Virus record (IMG/VR): IMGVR_UViG_3300046061_000043 | Location: 1-42,082 of that record | Strand: one strand, 5' to 3' | Source: a virus | Lineage: Duplodnaviria > Caudoviricetes | Length of the DNA stretch: 42,082 nt | Part shown: positions 1 to 9,276 of the stretch, piece by piece | Numbering within the stretch: position 1 is the stretch's first letter | Layout: the number at the start of each line of letters is the position of its first letter | The notes under the pieces: model-generated | What the model was told of the DNA's origin: nothing | What the model saw: the letters and a program-made list of their open reading frames with translations, nothing else | Databases searched by the model: none | Translations under genes and position numbers: made by a program

Positions 1-41
1 GATGGGATTCGAACCCACGACCTTCTGCATGGCAAGCAGAT
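1..41 (-). tRNA. Partial tRNA-Gly(GCC), 3' half only; probable att core
   Basis: Minus strand reads A-TCTGC-TTGCCAT-GCAGA-AGGTC-GTGGG-TTCGAAT-CCCAT-C: anticodon arm (GCC), variable loop and T arm. Sequence 5' of it has no D arm or acceptor strand. Confidence 0.85.
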
Positions 42-45
42 ATCG

Positions 46-74
46 AAAACACCCCCGCATGCGGGTGGGGGTTT
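46..74 (-). terminator. Possible intrinsic terminator ending the late/lysis operon
   Basis: GC-rich inverted repeat around CCCGCATGCGGG followed by TGTTTT on the minus strand, downstream of the holin stop. Confidence 0.4.
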
Positions 75-137
75 GGGAGGAGCATCTTACCGGTATTTTA
101 CCGCCGAGCGCTTCTACACATGTGCTCACACATGTAG

Positions 138-689
138 TCATGACGTGTCCTTTTCGGACCGATCGTTGGGGCTGTCATTTCTGGCGGCACTCTTTGCCTC
201 ATCGATAAACTCTCCCACGTCGCCTTCAGCGAGAGCGGTCAGCCCGCTCATGATCTCCGTCTTCTCTGAGCCCTTCAGGTTGTGGATCATCGAGATAAAA
301 TCGGTCGTCATGAGCCAAAACATCGCGCCGACGTGGAGCTGCTGAATCAAGATGATGCCCTGCTCCTCCGCCGCGCTTGCAAGCACGAGCGATCCGACGA
401 TGATGAATCCCCACTCGATGGCCTTAAAGCCGGACCGCTTCAAGGCCGATGGGCTGAAGGTGATGTGGTTATACCGGATTGTCCCGAAAATCCCGCTCAA
501 GAGGTCGAGGACAAACATCGTCGCGGCCCCCAGGATCAGCCAATCATCTGCGTCCAGAAGGATCTCGTACCCCTCCACGATGCGCGAGAACAGGCTCGCC
601 GCGAGGGTGGCAAGAAACGCGATCGTCCCCTGTATCGGCCACCAGTCCGTGAGCGTGCGCAACGGGTCGGCAAGGAAATAGTGAAACAT
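138..689 (-). CDS. Holin (Phage_holin_4_1-like)
   Basis: 3-4 hydrophobic helices, D-LLSG / S-ALKRSG-K / SMIHNL pattern, charged C-terminus, next to the endolysin. Confidence 0.7.
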   Translation of the reverse strand: MFHYFLADPLRTLTDWWPIQGTIAFLATLAASLFSRIVEGYEILLDADDWLILGAATMFVLDLLSGIFGTIRYNHITFSPSALKRSGFKAIEWGFIIVGSLVLASAAEEQGIILIQQLHVGAMFWLMTTDFISMIHNLKGSEKTEIMSGLTALAEGDVGEFIDEAKSAARNDSPNDRSEKDTS

Positions 690-731
690 GGCACTCTGGC
701 GGTGGGACGACAGCCATTCGGCGAAAAGCGT

Positions 732-1085
732 TCATGTCGGATCATACTCCACGTGAATGTGGGAGGGGATCCACTCTCCATTTTGGCCCTCGCGCCACTC
801 AGCGATCACGTCGAACTGCGGCCCGAGTCGGTCTTGGAGGCGGCCAGCGGTCTCCTCGTGGTCATCGAGCATCCACACCCGCAGGTCGAGCGCCTTGTCC
901 TCGTAGTGGAGGGAGCCGCTCATGTGGCTTCCGTCATTGGCCGACGTAATCACAAGTCGTTGCGGCTCAGCCGCATACTCGCGGGCGGCAGCCTGGATGA
1001 TGACCTCTTGGATGTCGGTTTCTGCCAGCTCAACCGACTCATCTTTCAGAAAAAACGACGCGTAGCTCCTGTTCTTGCGGATCAC
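732..1085 (-). CDS. Endolysin, peptidase M15-like zinc peptidase
   Basis: ITSANDG-H...SLHYEDKALD (H-x6-D) and HIH motifs typical of LAS/M15 peptidases. Confidence 0.8.
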   Translation of the reverse strand: MIRKNRSYASFFLKDESVELAETDIQEVIIQAAAREYAAEPQRLVITSANDGSHMSGSLHYEDKALDLRVWMLDDHEETAGRLQDRLGPQFDVIAEWREGQNGEWIPSHIHVEYDPT

Positions 1086-1119
1086 AGGTGGGTGTCTTCA
1101 GGTGGGGGTGTGACCGATC

Positions 1120-1932
1120 CTACTTTAACGCTTCTGCTTGAAAGAATGCGCCCGTGGTCATGGTCGAATCGGCGCAGACGGGCACGTCCATACCACTGCA
1201 ACTCTTCCAGTCCGGCCTCATGCGGTAGGCGACCCCTGCGCTCTTGTCATAGACTTCCAGCCTGAGAGCCGCGCCGGCCGGCACGCCCTCCGGCACAAAC
1301 TCGCCCGCCTCGGCGGCCGCCAGCGTCACCCCCTCGCCAGAGACCGCTCCGTAGCCGGCACAGGTGCCCCCGGGCGAGACGACCGCAAGCGTGTCTCCCT
1401 CCTCCAGGGGCTGGCCGGTAGGGAGCCGGAGCCCCGCCTCGCCCGGGGCGTGCAGCGTAGCGTTGTCGATGGAGGTGACGCACTCATCGGCGTACCGCCA
1501 GGTGGGCTCCGGTTGCATCACGGCCGCGGATAGGCTATCAGCAACCTCCCAAAAGTCACTGATACAGTCAGCCCGCTTTTGGAGACCGATGGGCGGCTCA
1601 ATCGTAGCTCCCTCGCGGAGGAGGCTGTCCGCCACGGCCCGGGCCTGGCCCGCCGCCTCGTGCAGCGTAGAGAGCTGCCAGTTCGGCGTCGACGGGCACC
1701 GAAAGTACCACTCCGCGCCGCCTTGCTGGGACCACCGGCCATACAGACCTTCCGCGCCATGATAGACGCAGGCCACGTCCTCGCCGGCCTGGTCCTCGTA
1801 GCACTCAATCGAATCCGGGTCTGCTGTAAACTCGTCGGGGAGGAACGACGGCTGGGCCGAGCAGGCAGCCAAAGCCCCGCACGCGAGCAGAATCGCGGCC
1901 GCCAAAAACAAGGATCGCTGAGGCAGTCTCAT
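1120..1932 (-). CDS. Cys-rich predicted lipoprotein in the lysis region
   Basis: Start at MRLPQRS gives a basic N-terminus, a hydrophobic stretch and a lipobox (LAA-C); acidic mature part. Confidence 0.65.
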   Translation of the reverse strand: MRLPQRSLFLAAAILLACGALAACSAQPSFLPDEFTADPDSIECYEDQAGEDVACVYHGAEGLYGRWSQQGGAEWYFRCPSTPNWQLSTLHEAAGQARAVADSLLREGATIEPPIGLQKRADCISDFWEVADSLSAAVMQPEPTWRYADECVTSIDNATLHAPGEAGLRLPTGQPLEEGDTLAVVSPGGTCAGYGAVSGEGVTLAAAEAGEFVPEGVPAGAALRLEVYDKSAGVAYRMRPDWKSCSGMDVPVCADSTMTTGAFFQAEALK

Positions 1933-1939
1933 GGCGCTC

Positions 1940-2431
1940 TCAAGTCGATTGGTCAGGATGGAATTTGTGACTGGGATCATAAATCCCGCGGCGGTGCTCC
2001 CAGAGCGTTTTGTCGCTTATGCCGAGGGTGTCGGCAATTTGGGTCCAGCTGGCTTTCGGCCTGAGCGCCTCACACCGCTCCCGCACGATCGCCTCGCGGG
2101 CTTCGCCGAGCGTCATCCCGCCGTGCACCGCAGGATCTGGGCTCTCGGGGGGCGAGTCCTGAGCCTGCTGAGGCTGGGCCTGTGGTGCTTCGCTATGTGA
2201 GGCCGCGCTGGTGGAGGCGCGGGACCCGGCGCGACGCGTGTGCGTGCTGCGGCGCCTGTGCTCTTTGAGCAGTTGGATAATCCTGTACTCCCGTTGCATC
2301 GAGCGGGTGAGGTACTCGTCCCACCCGATCAGCACAGCGGCCGACACGACGACGTTCTCCTTTGGCGCCTCATCTCGGTGCGCCTTGTCTCGGGGCGCCT
2401 CGTCTCGGCGACGCGAAAAAAGATCCAGCAC
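1940..2431 (-). CDS. Protein with a C-terminal helix-turn-helix
   Basis: SWTQIADTLGISDKTLWEHRR HTH pattern; GTG start; packed between neighbouring genes. Confidence 0.6.
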   Translation of the reverse strand: MLDLFSRRRDEAPRDKAHRDEAPKENVVVSAAVLIGWDEYLTRSMQREYRIIQLLKEHRRRSTHTRRAGSRASTSAASHSEAPQAQPQQAQDSPPESPDPAVHGGMTLGEAREAIVRERCEALRPKASWTQIADTLGISDKTLWEHRRGIYDPSHKFHPDQST

Positions 2432-2434
2432 AGC

Positions 2435-2773
2435 TCAGGAGGAGCTATCGCTAGGGGCAAGGCCAGTCACCTCGTTGAAGATCGCCTCCCCGATGTCGGT
2501 CGACTTGCGCGCGAGGTCGAACGCCTCCTCAGAGGACAAGTCCACAAGCTCCTCGTCGATCTGTCCGGCCCCCTCGGCTGCCTGGGCCCACGAGTCGCGC
2601 ACGTCGCCGTCAAGGACCACCTGCACCGCGTCGACCGGGTCAAGGCCATCTTGGACTTCTTCGAGCACCTTCAGCGCGGTCTCTTTGGCCGCGTCGAGCA
2701 GGTCGACCGTCTCCGTGATGCCGTGCGTTCCAGGGTTGTCTGATTGAGAAGATTCTAGTTGAGCGTTTGCCAT
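2435..2773 (-). CDS. Acidic hypothetical protein
   Basis: Acidic, helical 112-aa ORF with an AT-rich leader, in operon orientation. Confidence 0.7.
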   Translation of the reverse strand: MANAQLESSQSDNPGTHGITETVDLLDAAKETALKVLEEVQDGLDPVDAVQVVLDGDVRDSWAQAAEGAGQIDEELVDLSSEEAFDLARKSTDIGEAIFNEVTGLAPSDSSS

Positions 2774-2860
2774 GGTATGGGGCGCTTCTGCTTTGAAAAA
2801 AAGATAGCGAGACCCTTGAAGGGCTACTATTGAAAAATCGTGATGCGCAAATAAGTGACA

Positions 2861-5287
2861 CTAGCTCAGCGATACGGTGCCGCTCAGTGTCGCGCCAGAC
2901 GAGTCCTTCACCTCGAAAACGAGTTCGGAGTTGGCCTCGTCTATCCACGCGCGCCAGGACCCATCCTCCAGGCCCGACAGCGAGGGCTGGCTATTGGGGG
3001 CACCCATGACGTCCGCGTGCCGATCTTCTGTCACGCTGTAGCCGCTCGGGTAGTACGTGCGATCAAAGCTCACTGCCTTCGTTCTCGAAAATAGCCCGCC
3101 CAGATACAGGGCGTTCAGGGTCGTCGCGCCCCCATCGCCCAGAAAGGCATATTTGCCTGATGGGTTGCGCTCCAAAACGATCGCTGTGTTCTCTGGAACG
3201 AACGAATTTGAGAGCGTATGCGAGCTAATGGCGATCGACGACTTTTGATTTCCTGCAGACTGTGCCCCGTCGACCGTCACCGTTTCTCGCACCTCGTTCA
3301 GCTTGTCCCAGAGCGTAATCCGTTGCCCGTCCGAAAGATTGATAGCCAGTCCGCTGTTTCTGGCTTTCTTGAGGTTGACGTCGAGCGGTAGGCTCGTGAT
3401 CGTGTCGCCGCTGGTAAGATCCGAGCCGAGGTATGCCACCTCCGCCTGGGAGGGGAAGACGTGGAGCTGATCGAGGTGCACATCGCAGCCACCCCCACCC
3501 CTAAGACAGAGGTTCTGCGAGCCGAGAAACCTACAATTTGTGACCGTCACGGTCCCTGAATCTGGAAGACTGATGGATTGGTTTTTTGTCCAGTACTTTG
3601 TTGAGTCTGAAAGCGTTATAAAAGTATCATCATGGATTTTGACATTTGATTTTGGACTACTCAGCACATCAAGCCTAATTCCTGGTCCATACCACCGATT
3701 CCCGGACAAGGAAAGGTCGCTACACGATTCTACGACCAGTGCACGCTTCTGTACTTCCCCGGACTCGTGCACAGCATAGACCACGTTATCGGTGAGCTTT
3801 ACCTCCCCGGACGAGTTGAGCAAGATCGCTGCTTGCTCGGTGGCGTTGGGCGGCGTCAGCCCCCGGATAAGATTGTCGCTGATCACATTCTGCGTAGCAG
3901 ACGTGAAGTGATTTGGCTGGCTAATCACGCCTGCAGACGCTTTGAGTTGGATCGCCTGAAAGCAATTTAGAAAGGTGTTGTCTGTCACCACATTCCCCTG
4001 GCCGTGCATCTTCACGCCGGCTGAATTGGGTGTGACGGAATCATTGAGCAGAAACCCGCCTGCCCGCTTGAAGACGTTGTTCGCCACCACATTCCCGATC
4101 GAGTTCACGTTGATGGCGATCGCGTCGTCTCCTGTTTTCTCAAACACGCAATCCGAATAGATGCAGTACCGGGACGAGTTGCAGGCGAACCCTTCCCGTC
4201 CGGCACGGCGTACGGTGACGTCTCTAAACGAGCAGAACGAAAGTCCGCCAAACGCATGGATGGCTTGCCTCGACACGTCCTCGAACGTCACGCGGTGGAT
4301 GTGGATGTTTGTGTGAGGCACATCCTCATTGATGGCCGCATTTCCACTGTTGATAAAAATTCCTCTCGCCGAATTGTAATCGCTGTTTGAGCTGATATCG
4401 TGGCTGAGCGCGAAGTCCCTGAACGTGGTGTTTGACCCTACATTGTTGATGATATTGTTGGAAGGGTCCGTCTCGACGATGCGACTGGCCTCCTCTCCTT
4501 CGCCGATCAGGCCTTTGGCGCCTGTCCCAAGCGAAAGAGTCCCCGTCTTGCGGAAGGTGCCGTCCGTAAGGTGGACCCACTCTTCCAGCGCATTTGCGCC
4601 ATCGCACGCGGCCTGCAGCGCCGCGTAGTCGTCAGCGTTCCCGTCGCCTACGGCCCCATAGGCGGCCGCGCTGTGGACGCCCTGCAGGAGGCCCTGCACC
4701 TCCATCCGGACGTAAGGGTCAAAGGAGACGAGCGACTCGTCGTAGGGCACGGCCGACGGCGGCAGGCGGACGACGCCCGTGTTCGCGGCGCCGTTGTTGG
4801 CGGCGTACGTGATCGCGTCGTCGATGGCGCTCTCGTCGTCCGCAAACTCAGCGCGGCGCACGACCTTGGCCTCGGCGCCCTCGGCGGTGGCTACGATGTG
4901 CCCGGCGTCAATCGCCGACTGCGGAATCGTTTGCTTTGGCAGAGACCCTGTCGTCAGGCGCCCGGCGTCAGAGAGGTCCGGGCCGGTCTCAATCCAATTG
5001 GCTCCGTTGGACTTGTAATACGCGGTCTCGCCCACCACGTACCAGATTTCGCCGGAGTAATTCGATGCATCGACGGTGGTGCCATCGGCTTTCTCCAGGG
5101 TCGAAGAGCCACTCTTGGTTTCTGCTACGCCGTCGATGCCGCCGATGGTGGCCAGGTCGCCCGCCGCCTCCGTGGCTCTGTCTGCCTCATTTTTCGCGCG
5201 GCTTTTCGCGTTTTGAAACTCGGTGCGCAGGGCGCGCAGCTCGTCGTCGTTTTTGAGTAGCGTGACCCTGGATTGTGGCATGGGCAA
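2861..5287 (-). CDS. Tailspike / receptor-binding protein with pectate-lyase-like right-handed beta-helix
   Basis: YGAVGDGNADDYAALQAA cap motif followed by Asn-rich beta-helix repeats (GNVVANNVF, NVVTDNTF, NVISDNLI). Confidence 0.85.
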   Translation of the reverse strand: MPMPQSRVTLLKNDDELRALRTEFQNAKSRAKNEADRATEAAGDLATIGGIDGVAETKSGSSTLEKADGTTVDASNYSGEIWYVVGETAYYKSNGANWIETGPDLSDAGRLTTGSLPKQTIPQSAIDAGHIVATAEGAEAKVVRRAEFADDESAIDDAITYAANNGAANTGVVRLPPSAVPYDESLVSFDPYVRMEVQGLLQGVHSAAAYGAVGDGNADDYAALQAACDGANALEEWVHLTDGTFRKTGTLSLGTGAKGLIGEGEEASRIVETDPSNNIINNVGSNTTFRDFALSHDISSNSDYNSARGIFINSGNAAINEDVPHTNIHIHRVTFEDVSRQAIHAFGGLSFCSFRDVTVRRAGREGFACNSSRYCIYSDCVFEKTGDDAIAINVNSIGNVVANNVFKRAGGFLLNDSVTPNSAGVKMHGQGNVVTDNTFLNCFQAIQLKASAGVISQPNHFTSATQNVISDNLIRGLTPPNATEQAAILLNSSGEVKLTDNVVYAVHESGEVQKRALVVESCSDLSLSGNRWYGPGIRLDVLSSPKSNVKIHDDTFITLSDSTKYWTKNQSISLPDSGTVTVTNCRFLGSQNLCLRGGGGCDVHLDQLHVFPSQAEVAYLGSDLTSGDTITSLPLDVNLKKARNSGLAINLSDGQRITLWDKLNEVRETVTVDGAQSAGNQKSSIAISSHTLSNSFVPENTAIVLERNPSGKYAFLGDGGATTLNALYLGGLFSRTKAVSFDRTYYPSGYSVTEDRHADVMGAPNSQPSLSGLEDGSWRAWIDEANSELVFEVKDSSGATLSGTVSLS

Positions 5288-5320
5288 TCGGTGATTATTC
5301 GTGCTACGCGGAAAAGTGAG

Positions 5321-5521
5321 TCAGCTGGCGTCCTTGTCGATGAGGAGGGCGCCCTCGAAGTCGGCCTCGAGGTCCTTGACCCGCACGCCTTGCTCCACGG
5401 CGGGCGCGATCGACACGAACGTAATCTCAAATGCGCTCCCCTCGTACTGGATGGTCTGCCGGTCGGTGGTAAACGCTCCCTGGTTGTTCTGAAACTTGAA
5501 CGTCTTTTCTCGGGGGGGCAT
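5321..5521 (-). CDS. Small hypothetical tail-region protein
   Basis: 66-aa beta-rich ORF filling the gap between two tail genes. Confidence 0.55.
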   Translation of the reverse strand: MPPREKTFKFQNNQGAFTTDRQTIQYEGSAFEITFVSIAPAVEQGVRVKDLEADFEGALLIDKDAS

Positions 5522-5540
5522 CGGCTGAAGCGTTTGTCTA

Positions 5541-8500
5541 TTATGCAGTGCTGGTCGACGTGAGCACGAGCACGGTGCCGGTGCTCGAGGTGAGGGCCAC
5601 CTTCGTCTGCGTCTTTTCTTTGCTCTGGCGGTCGTAGGCGGGAATGCCGTGGTCGAGGTGGTCGCGGAGGGTCCGGTCGCGCACCTCCCAGTCCAGCATC
5701 ACCGCCTCGATCAGCTGGCCCGGCGCCGCGGTCGCCCGAATGTCCACGACGTACCCGGGCGCCAGGCCGTAGCGGAGCGGGAGGCCCGCGTTGTAGCTGC
5801 TCCCCTCGAGCGTCGCCGACCCGAGCTGGACGTACTCCGCTTTCGGGTCGGCGGCCACGAGCACCAGCTCCGCCTCTGTGAGCGAGAGCGGCTGGCGCAG
5901 GTGGACCTGCCGCATGCGCCCGAGCGTGCCGAGCGGGCCCGGCTCAATCAGGGCCGTCTGCACGCGCACGTCGAGCTCGGCATCGGTGTCCTGCTCGTCT
6001 CGGACGAGGGTGCCATCCCCCCGGACGGCGTGCCGGCCCCGCCAAAGGGCCGCGTCCCGCCGCTGGCGGGCGAGCGTAGACCAGCCCCCCTGGCTGATCG
6101 AGAAGCACCACGTGAGCGCCTGGGCGTGCACCCACAGCTCCTCGCGAAAGCGGCGCTGGTCCTCGTAGTGGGCGAGCGCCGTGTCGGGACCCATGCTGCT
6201 CAAGACGTCCTCGGCCGGGTCGTGGATCGGGGCCGAGAGGGCGGGCGTCTCTTGCTGGGGGCTGAACGCGTAGACGCCTGTGTTGAGAACGGCGACCACC
6301 TTCCCCTTCGCGGTCGTGGTCGCGCGCCGCCCGACCAGGCCCTGCCCCTCGCCGGCAGCCAGCACGCCTACGCCTTGGATAAACGGATCGGTGCCGACCT
6401 GAAGGGCCCGCACGCTTTCGCGGCCGAACAGCACGATGGGGTACTCCCCAAACTGGCCGCTCGACACCTCTTGGCCGGTGGCCCGCATCGCCAGGATGCG
6501 ATCGGTGGGCGTTTCGCCGGCAAACAGCACGTTCTCGACGTCCAGATCGAGGGGCGTGTTGGCCTGCGACCAGATGAGGCGATTCGGGTTGCTGTCCTCA
6601 GCGCCGCGCGTGAGGCTCTCGTCGCCGGTGAGGGCCGTGACGTCGAGGTCGACGCTCATGTTGTCGGCCTGGGCAATTGCGTTGATGCCGGCACCAGCCG
6701 TCGAGCTTGCGCTAATCGTAATGTCGTATTCGCATTTGATCTCTAAAATCTCAGCCTCAGGCGGCGCAAAATTGCTCAGCGTCACGCTGCTGGAGGTCTG
6801 CGAGTTGCCGTTGCTTCCTGTAATCGAGTCGCTAAACGAGTCGAGCACGGCCCCGTCCGCCGCTTTGACGCGCACGTCGAGGGACACCTCAAAGCTGCTG
6901 CTGCCGTCCGTGTTGTTCTGGTCGACTTCAAGCAAATAGTCGAACGCGACCGACTGCGGCGCGCCAGTGCCGGTCGGGTCGACCTGCCCAAACTCAATTG
7001 TTTCTGCCACGCTTTCCTCGACGGTACGGTCTGTATCGCCAGGCGTATCCAGCGCCGCTTCAAGCCGGAAATCGTCAGTCGGCGCATAAATGAACCCGTC
7101 GTAGTTGCCTTGTTCAAAGCGCCGGTGGGCCAGCGGGTCGACGGGGCCTCCGCTTCGGTTCGTCATGTCGTACGGCTCGCCCGGGGCAATGTCGGTATAG
7201 GCGAACCCGCCTCCAGTCGGCTCGTCAAACCTGCGGTCGCTGCCGGGGGTCGTGGCCTCCCTCCATGTGGCCGCCTCAAAATCGCCGGTGTAGTCGGTCG
7301 ACACGAGAAACCGCCAGGATTTGGCGCGCGCGTCCGGATAATAGATGTAGCCCTGCGTGTACCCCGCTGCGTCTTTCGATTTGCGCGTTTCGACCTGCGT
7401 AATTGCGGTGCTATCAAATGGCAGCGGGTCGCTGTGCACCGTGACGTCACCGAGCTGCGTCTCAACCGTCACCTCCAAGACCAGCCAGTAGTCATCGCCT
7501 CCAGCGTTCTGAGTGCCGCCGGTCCACTGAAGCATCTGTTCCAGATCAGGGCGGTGAAGCTGGTACGTCGTGTCGCCGAGAATCAGGCGCTGGTTATAGC
7601 TATACACGGCACCGGCCTCAATCTGGTGGGCCCGTAGGCCGGTGCCCTCGTACGTCTTTTGAGCGATAACCTCGGCCTCTGTAAGGTCCATCTTGAAGCT
7701 CTCCCCAGCGTCGTAATCTTTGAGGCGCTTTACGATGCGGGCCGCGTTGTTAATTGGCTGCGTCGTTGTGCGGGGCGCTCGTTCCTGAACTGAACGTTCA
7801 ATGCCTTCGAACACCGGCACCTGCGCCAGAATTACGAGGGTTGAAAGGCGTGGCGTCCAGGCATCGGGTACCGGTCGCTGCCGTTCGATCTGGACGCGAG
7901 CAGCCCAAGACTCGTCAAAAATGCCGCCCACCTGGCGCGCCATGAACGGAGGGCCGGCCGGGCCAACTGTGCCATCCTTCAGTTCCCATGCAGCACGAAA
8001 CAGGACCGTGCCGGGCGAAAGGCCCGTGTCTGCTTCATACTCTTCTTGTGCAGAAAGAATTGGCAACGGAGGCCACTGGACGGGCGTGGCCGTGTCGTCC
8101 TTCACTTCCAGGAGGACTTCCGGCTCGCCAATTCCGCTCCCCTTCGTCACGGCAACGAAAAGCGAGGGGCCGACCTGCGCAAACGTGGCCCGCCGCGAGT
8201 CGTCGCTCGAGGAGAACGACCACAGTGGTTTCTCCGCGTAGGACTGGCCCGGGTCAATGACGTACAGGCCGTCGGCCCTGAGTGCCACCAGTCGCTGTAG
8301 GCTTTGCCCTGGGTCGCCCGCCGTGTCGGCCGCGTCCCCCACCTTCTGCCGCCGCTGCCAGCCGAGCGACAGGATCCCGGTGATGGCGCTTCCGCCGGCG
8401 CCCGTGGGCACGCTGGTCCCCTTCGGCACCTCCCACAGGCGCTGGTCGGGGCGCCCGGTGGGCACGAGGTTTTCCAGGAGCCGGCAGTCGCCGAGCTGCG

Positions 8501-8567
8501 TCTGGTGCCCCGTCGTGACCAGGTCGATGCCCTGGAGCGGAAATGTGGTTTGCTGCTGCTCGCCCAT
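5541..8567 (-). CDS. Tail tubular/nozzle (stabilisation) protein
   Basis: About 1000 aa, beta-rich; N-terminal GDCRLLENL and later SSGQFGEYPIVLF resemble podovirus tail stabilisation proteins; located after the adaptors. Confidence 0.65.
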   Translation of the reverse strand: MGEQQQTTFPLQGIDLVTTGHQTQLGDCRLLENLVPTGRPDQRLWEVPKGTSVPTGAGGSAITGILSLGWQRRQKVGDAADTAGDPGQSLQRLVALRADGLYVIDPGQSYAEKPLWSFSSSDDSRRATFAQVGPSLFVAVTKGSGIGEPEVLLEVKDDTATPVQWPPLPILSAQEEYEADTGLSPGTVLFRAAWELKDGTVGPAGPPFMARQVGGIFDESWAARVQIERQRPVPDAWTPRLSTLVILAQVPVFEGIERSVQERAPRTTTQPINNAARIVKRLKDYDAGESFKMDLTEAEVIAQKTYEGTGLRAHQIEAGAVYSYNQRLILGDTTYQLHRPDLEQMLQWTGGTQNAGGDDYWLVLEVTVETQLGDVTVHSDPLPFDSTAITQVETRKSKDAAGYTQGYIYYPDARAKSWRFLVSTDYTGDFEAATWREATTPGSDRRFDEPTGGGFAYTDIAPGEPYDMTNRSGGPVDPLAHRRFEQGNYDGFIYAPTDDFRLEAALDTPGDTDRTVEESVAETIEFGQVDPTGTGAPQSVAFDYLLEVDQNNTDGSSSFEVSLDVRVKAADGAVLDSFSDSITGSNGNSQTSSSVTLSNFAPPEAEILEIKCEYDITISASSTAGAGINAIAQADNMSVDLDVTALTGDESLTRGAEDSNPNRLIWSQANTPLDLDVENVLFAGETPTDRILAMRATGQEVSSGQFGEYPIVLFGRESVRALQVGTDPFIQGVGVLAAGEGQGLVGRRATTTAKGKVVAVLNTGVYAFSPQQETPALSAPIHDPAEDVLSSMGPDTALAHYEDQRRFREELWVHAQALTWCFSISQGGWSTLARQRRDAALWRGRHAVRGDGTLVRDEQDTDAELDVRVQTALIEPGPLGTLGRMRQVHLRQPLSLTEAELVLVAADPKAEYVQLGSATLEGSSYNAGLPLRYGLAPGYVVDIRATAAPGQLIEAVMLDWEVRDRTLRDHLDHGIPAYDRQSKEKTQTKVALTSSTGTVLVLTSTSTA

Positions 8568-8583
8568 CGAAACAGGAACGTTG

Positions 8584-9264
8584 TTAAGAGTCGTCTGTGG
8601 CCTCGCTCAGGGCCTGCTGCGGGAGCGGCATCATGCCGGCGTCGATCTGCCGAAGCATCAGGCGCGCCGCCTGCTGAAGCGCCTGGGCGCCCTCTTCTTT
8701 CTCAGCAGTAAGCACGTAGGCGCCGGCCCAAAACACCATTGGGTGCTTGAGGTCCTGCGGCACCTCCTCCGGCGCCAGCTGTGGCGCGAACAAAAAACGG
8801 TCGATCGACGGCCCCGACCCTTGGGGCCAGCACCGCAGCTGTTCGCCGTTTCCGTCGGGAGATGGCACCTTCGTCACGACCGGATTGGCGACGTCGGAGC
8901 GCGTGTGCGGGTCGTACTGCCGGCGCACCCGTTCGCCGCGGGGATCGTGCAGGCGATACGCCTCCTTCCCCCAGCTGGCCAACCGCAGCTCTAAAAGCTC
9001 GAGAAACGTGTCCGGGAGAGCCACCTCGCTGTACTCGTTTGCGTTGGTGACCGTCTGGTCCCTCCCGTCGTCGGCGATGTGGTCGGTCGCGGCCCTTGGC
9101 GCGCCGTTAAGGGTGGTCCGCATCGCGGCCACGAGGGCCTCGTACACGTCGGCCGCGTTGGGCCCAATCGTCTGGCCGGTGGCCAGCACCTGGTCGGCCC
9201 AATACTGCACGTCGCTGATGAGGTCGTCTTCGGCCTTGGTGCCGTCGTAGGAAAAAGAAGCCAT
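8584..9264 (-). CDS. Putative head-tail adaptor (ring) protein
   Basis: Helical termini with a beta core (ALPDTFLELLEL); position after the capsid gene. Confidence 0.55.
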   Translation of the reverse strand: MASFSYDGTKAEDDLISDVQYWADQVLATGQTIGPNAADVYEALVAAMRTTLNGAPRAATDHIADDGRDQTVTNANEYSEVALPDTFLELLELRLASWGKEAYRLHDPRGERVRRQYDPHTRSDVANPVVTKVPSPDGNGEQLRCWPQGSGPSIDRFLFAPQLAPEEVPQDLKHPMVFWAGAYVLTAEKEEGAQALQQAARLMLRQIDAGMMPLPQQALSEATDDS

Positions 9265-9276
9265 GAGAGGAAGGCG

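Noticed and set aside
1-41. Functional phage-encoded tRNA gene
   Set aside because: The 5' half (acceptor strand and D arm) is missing
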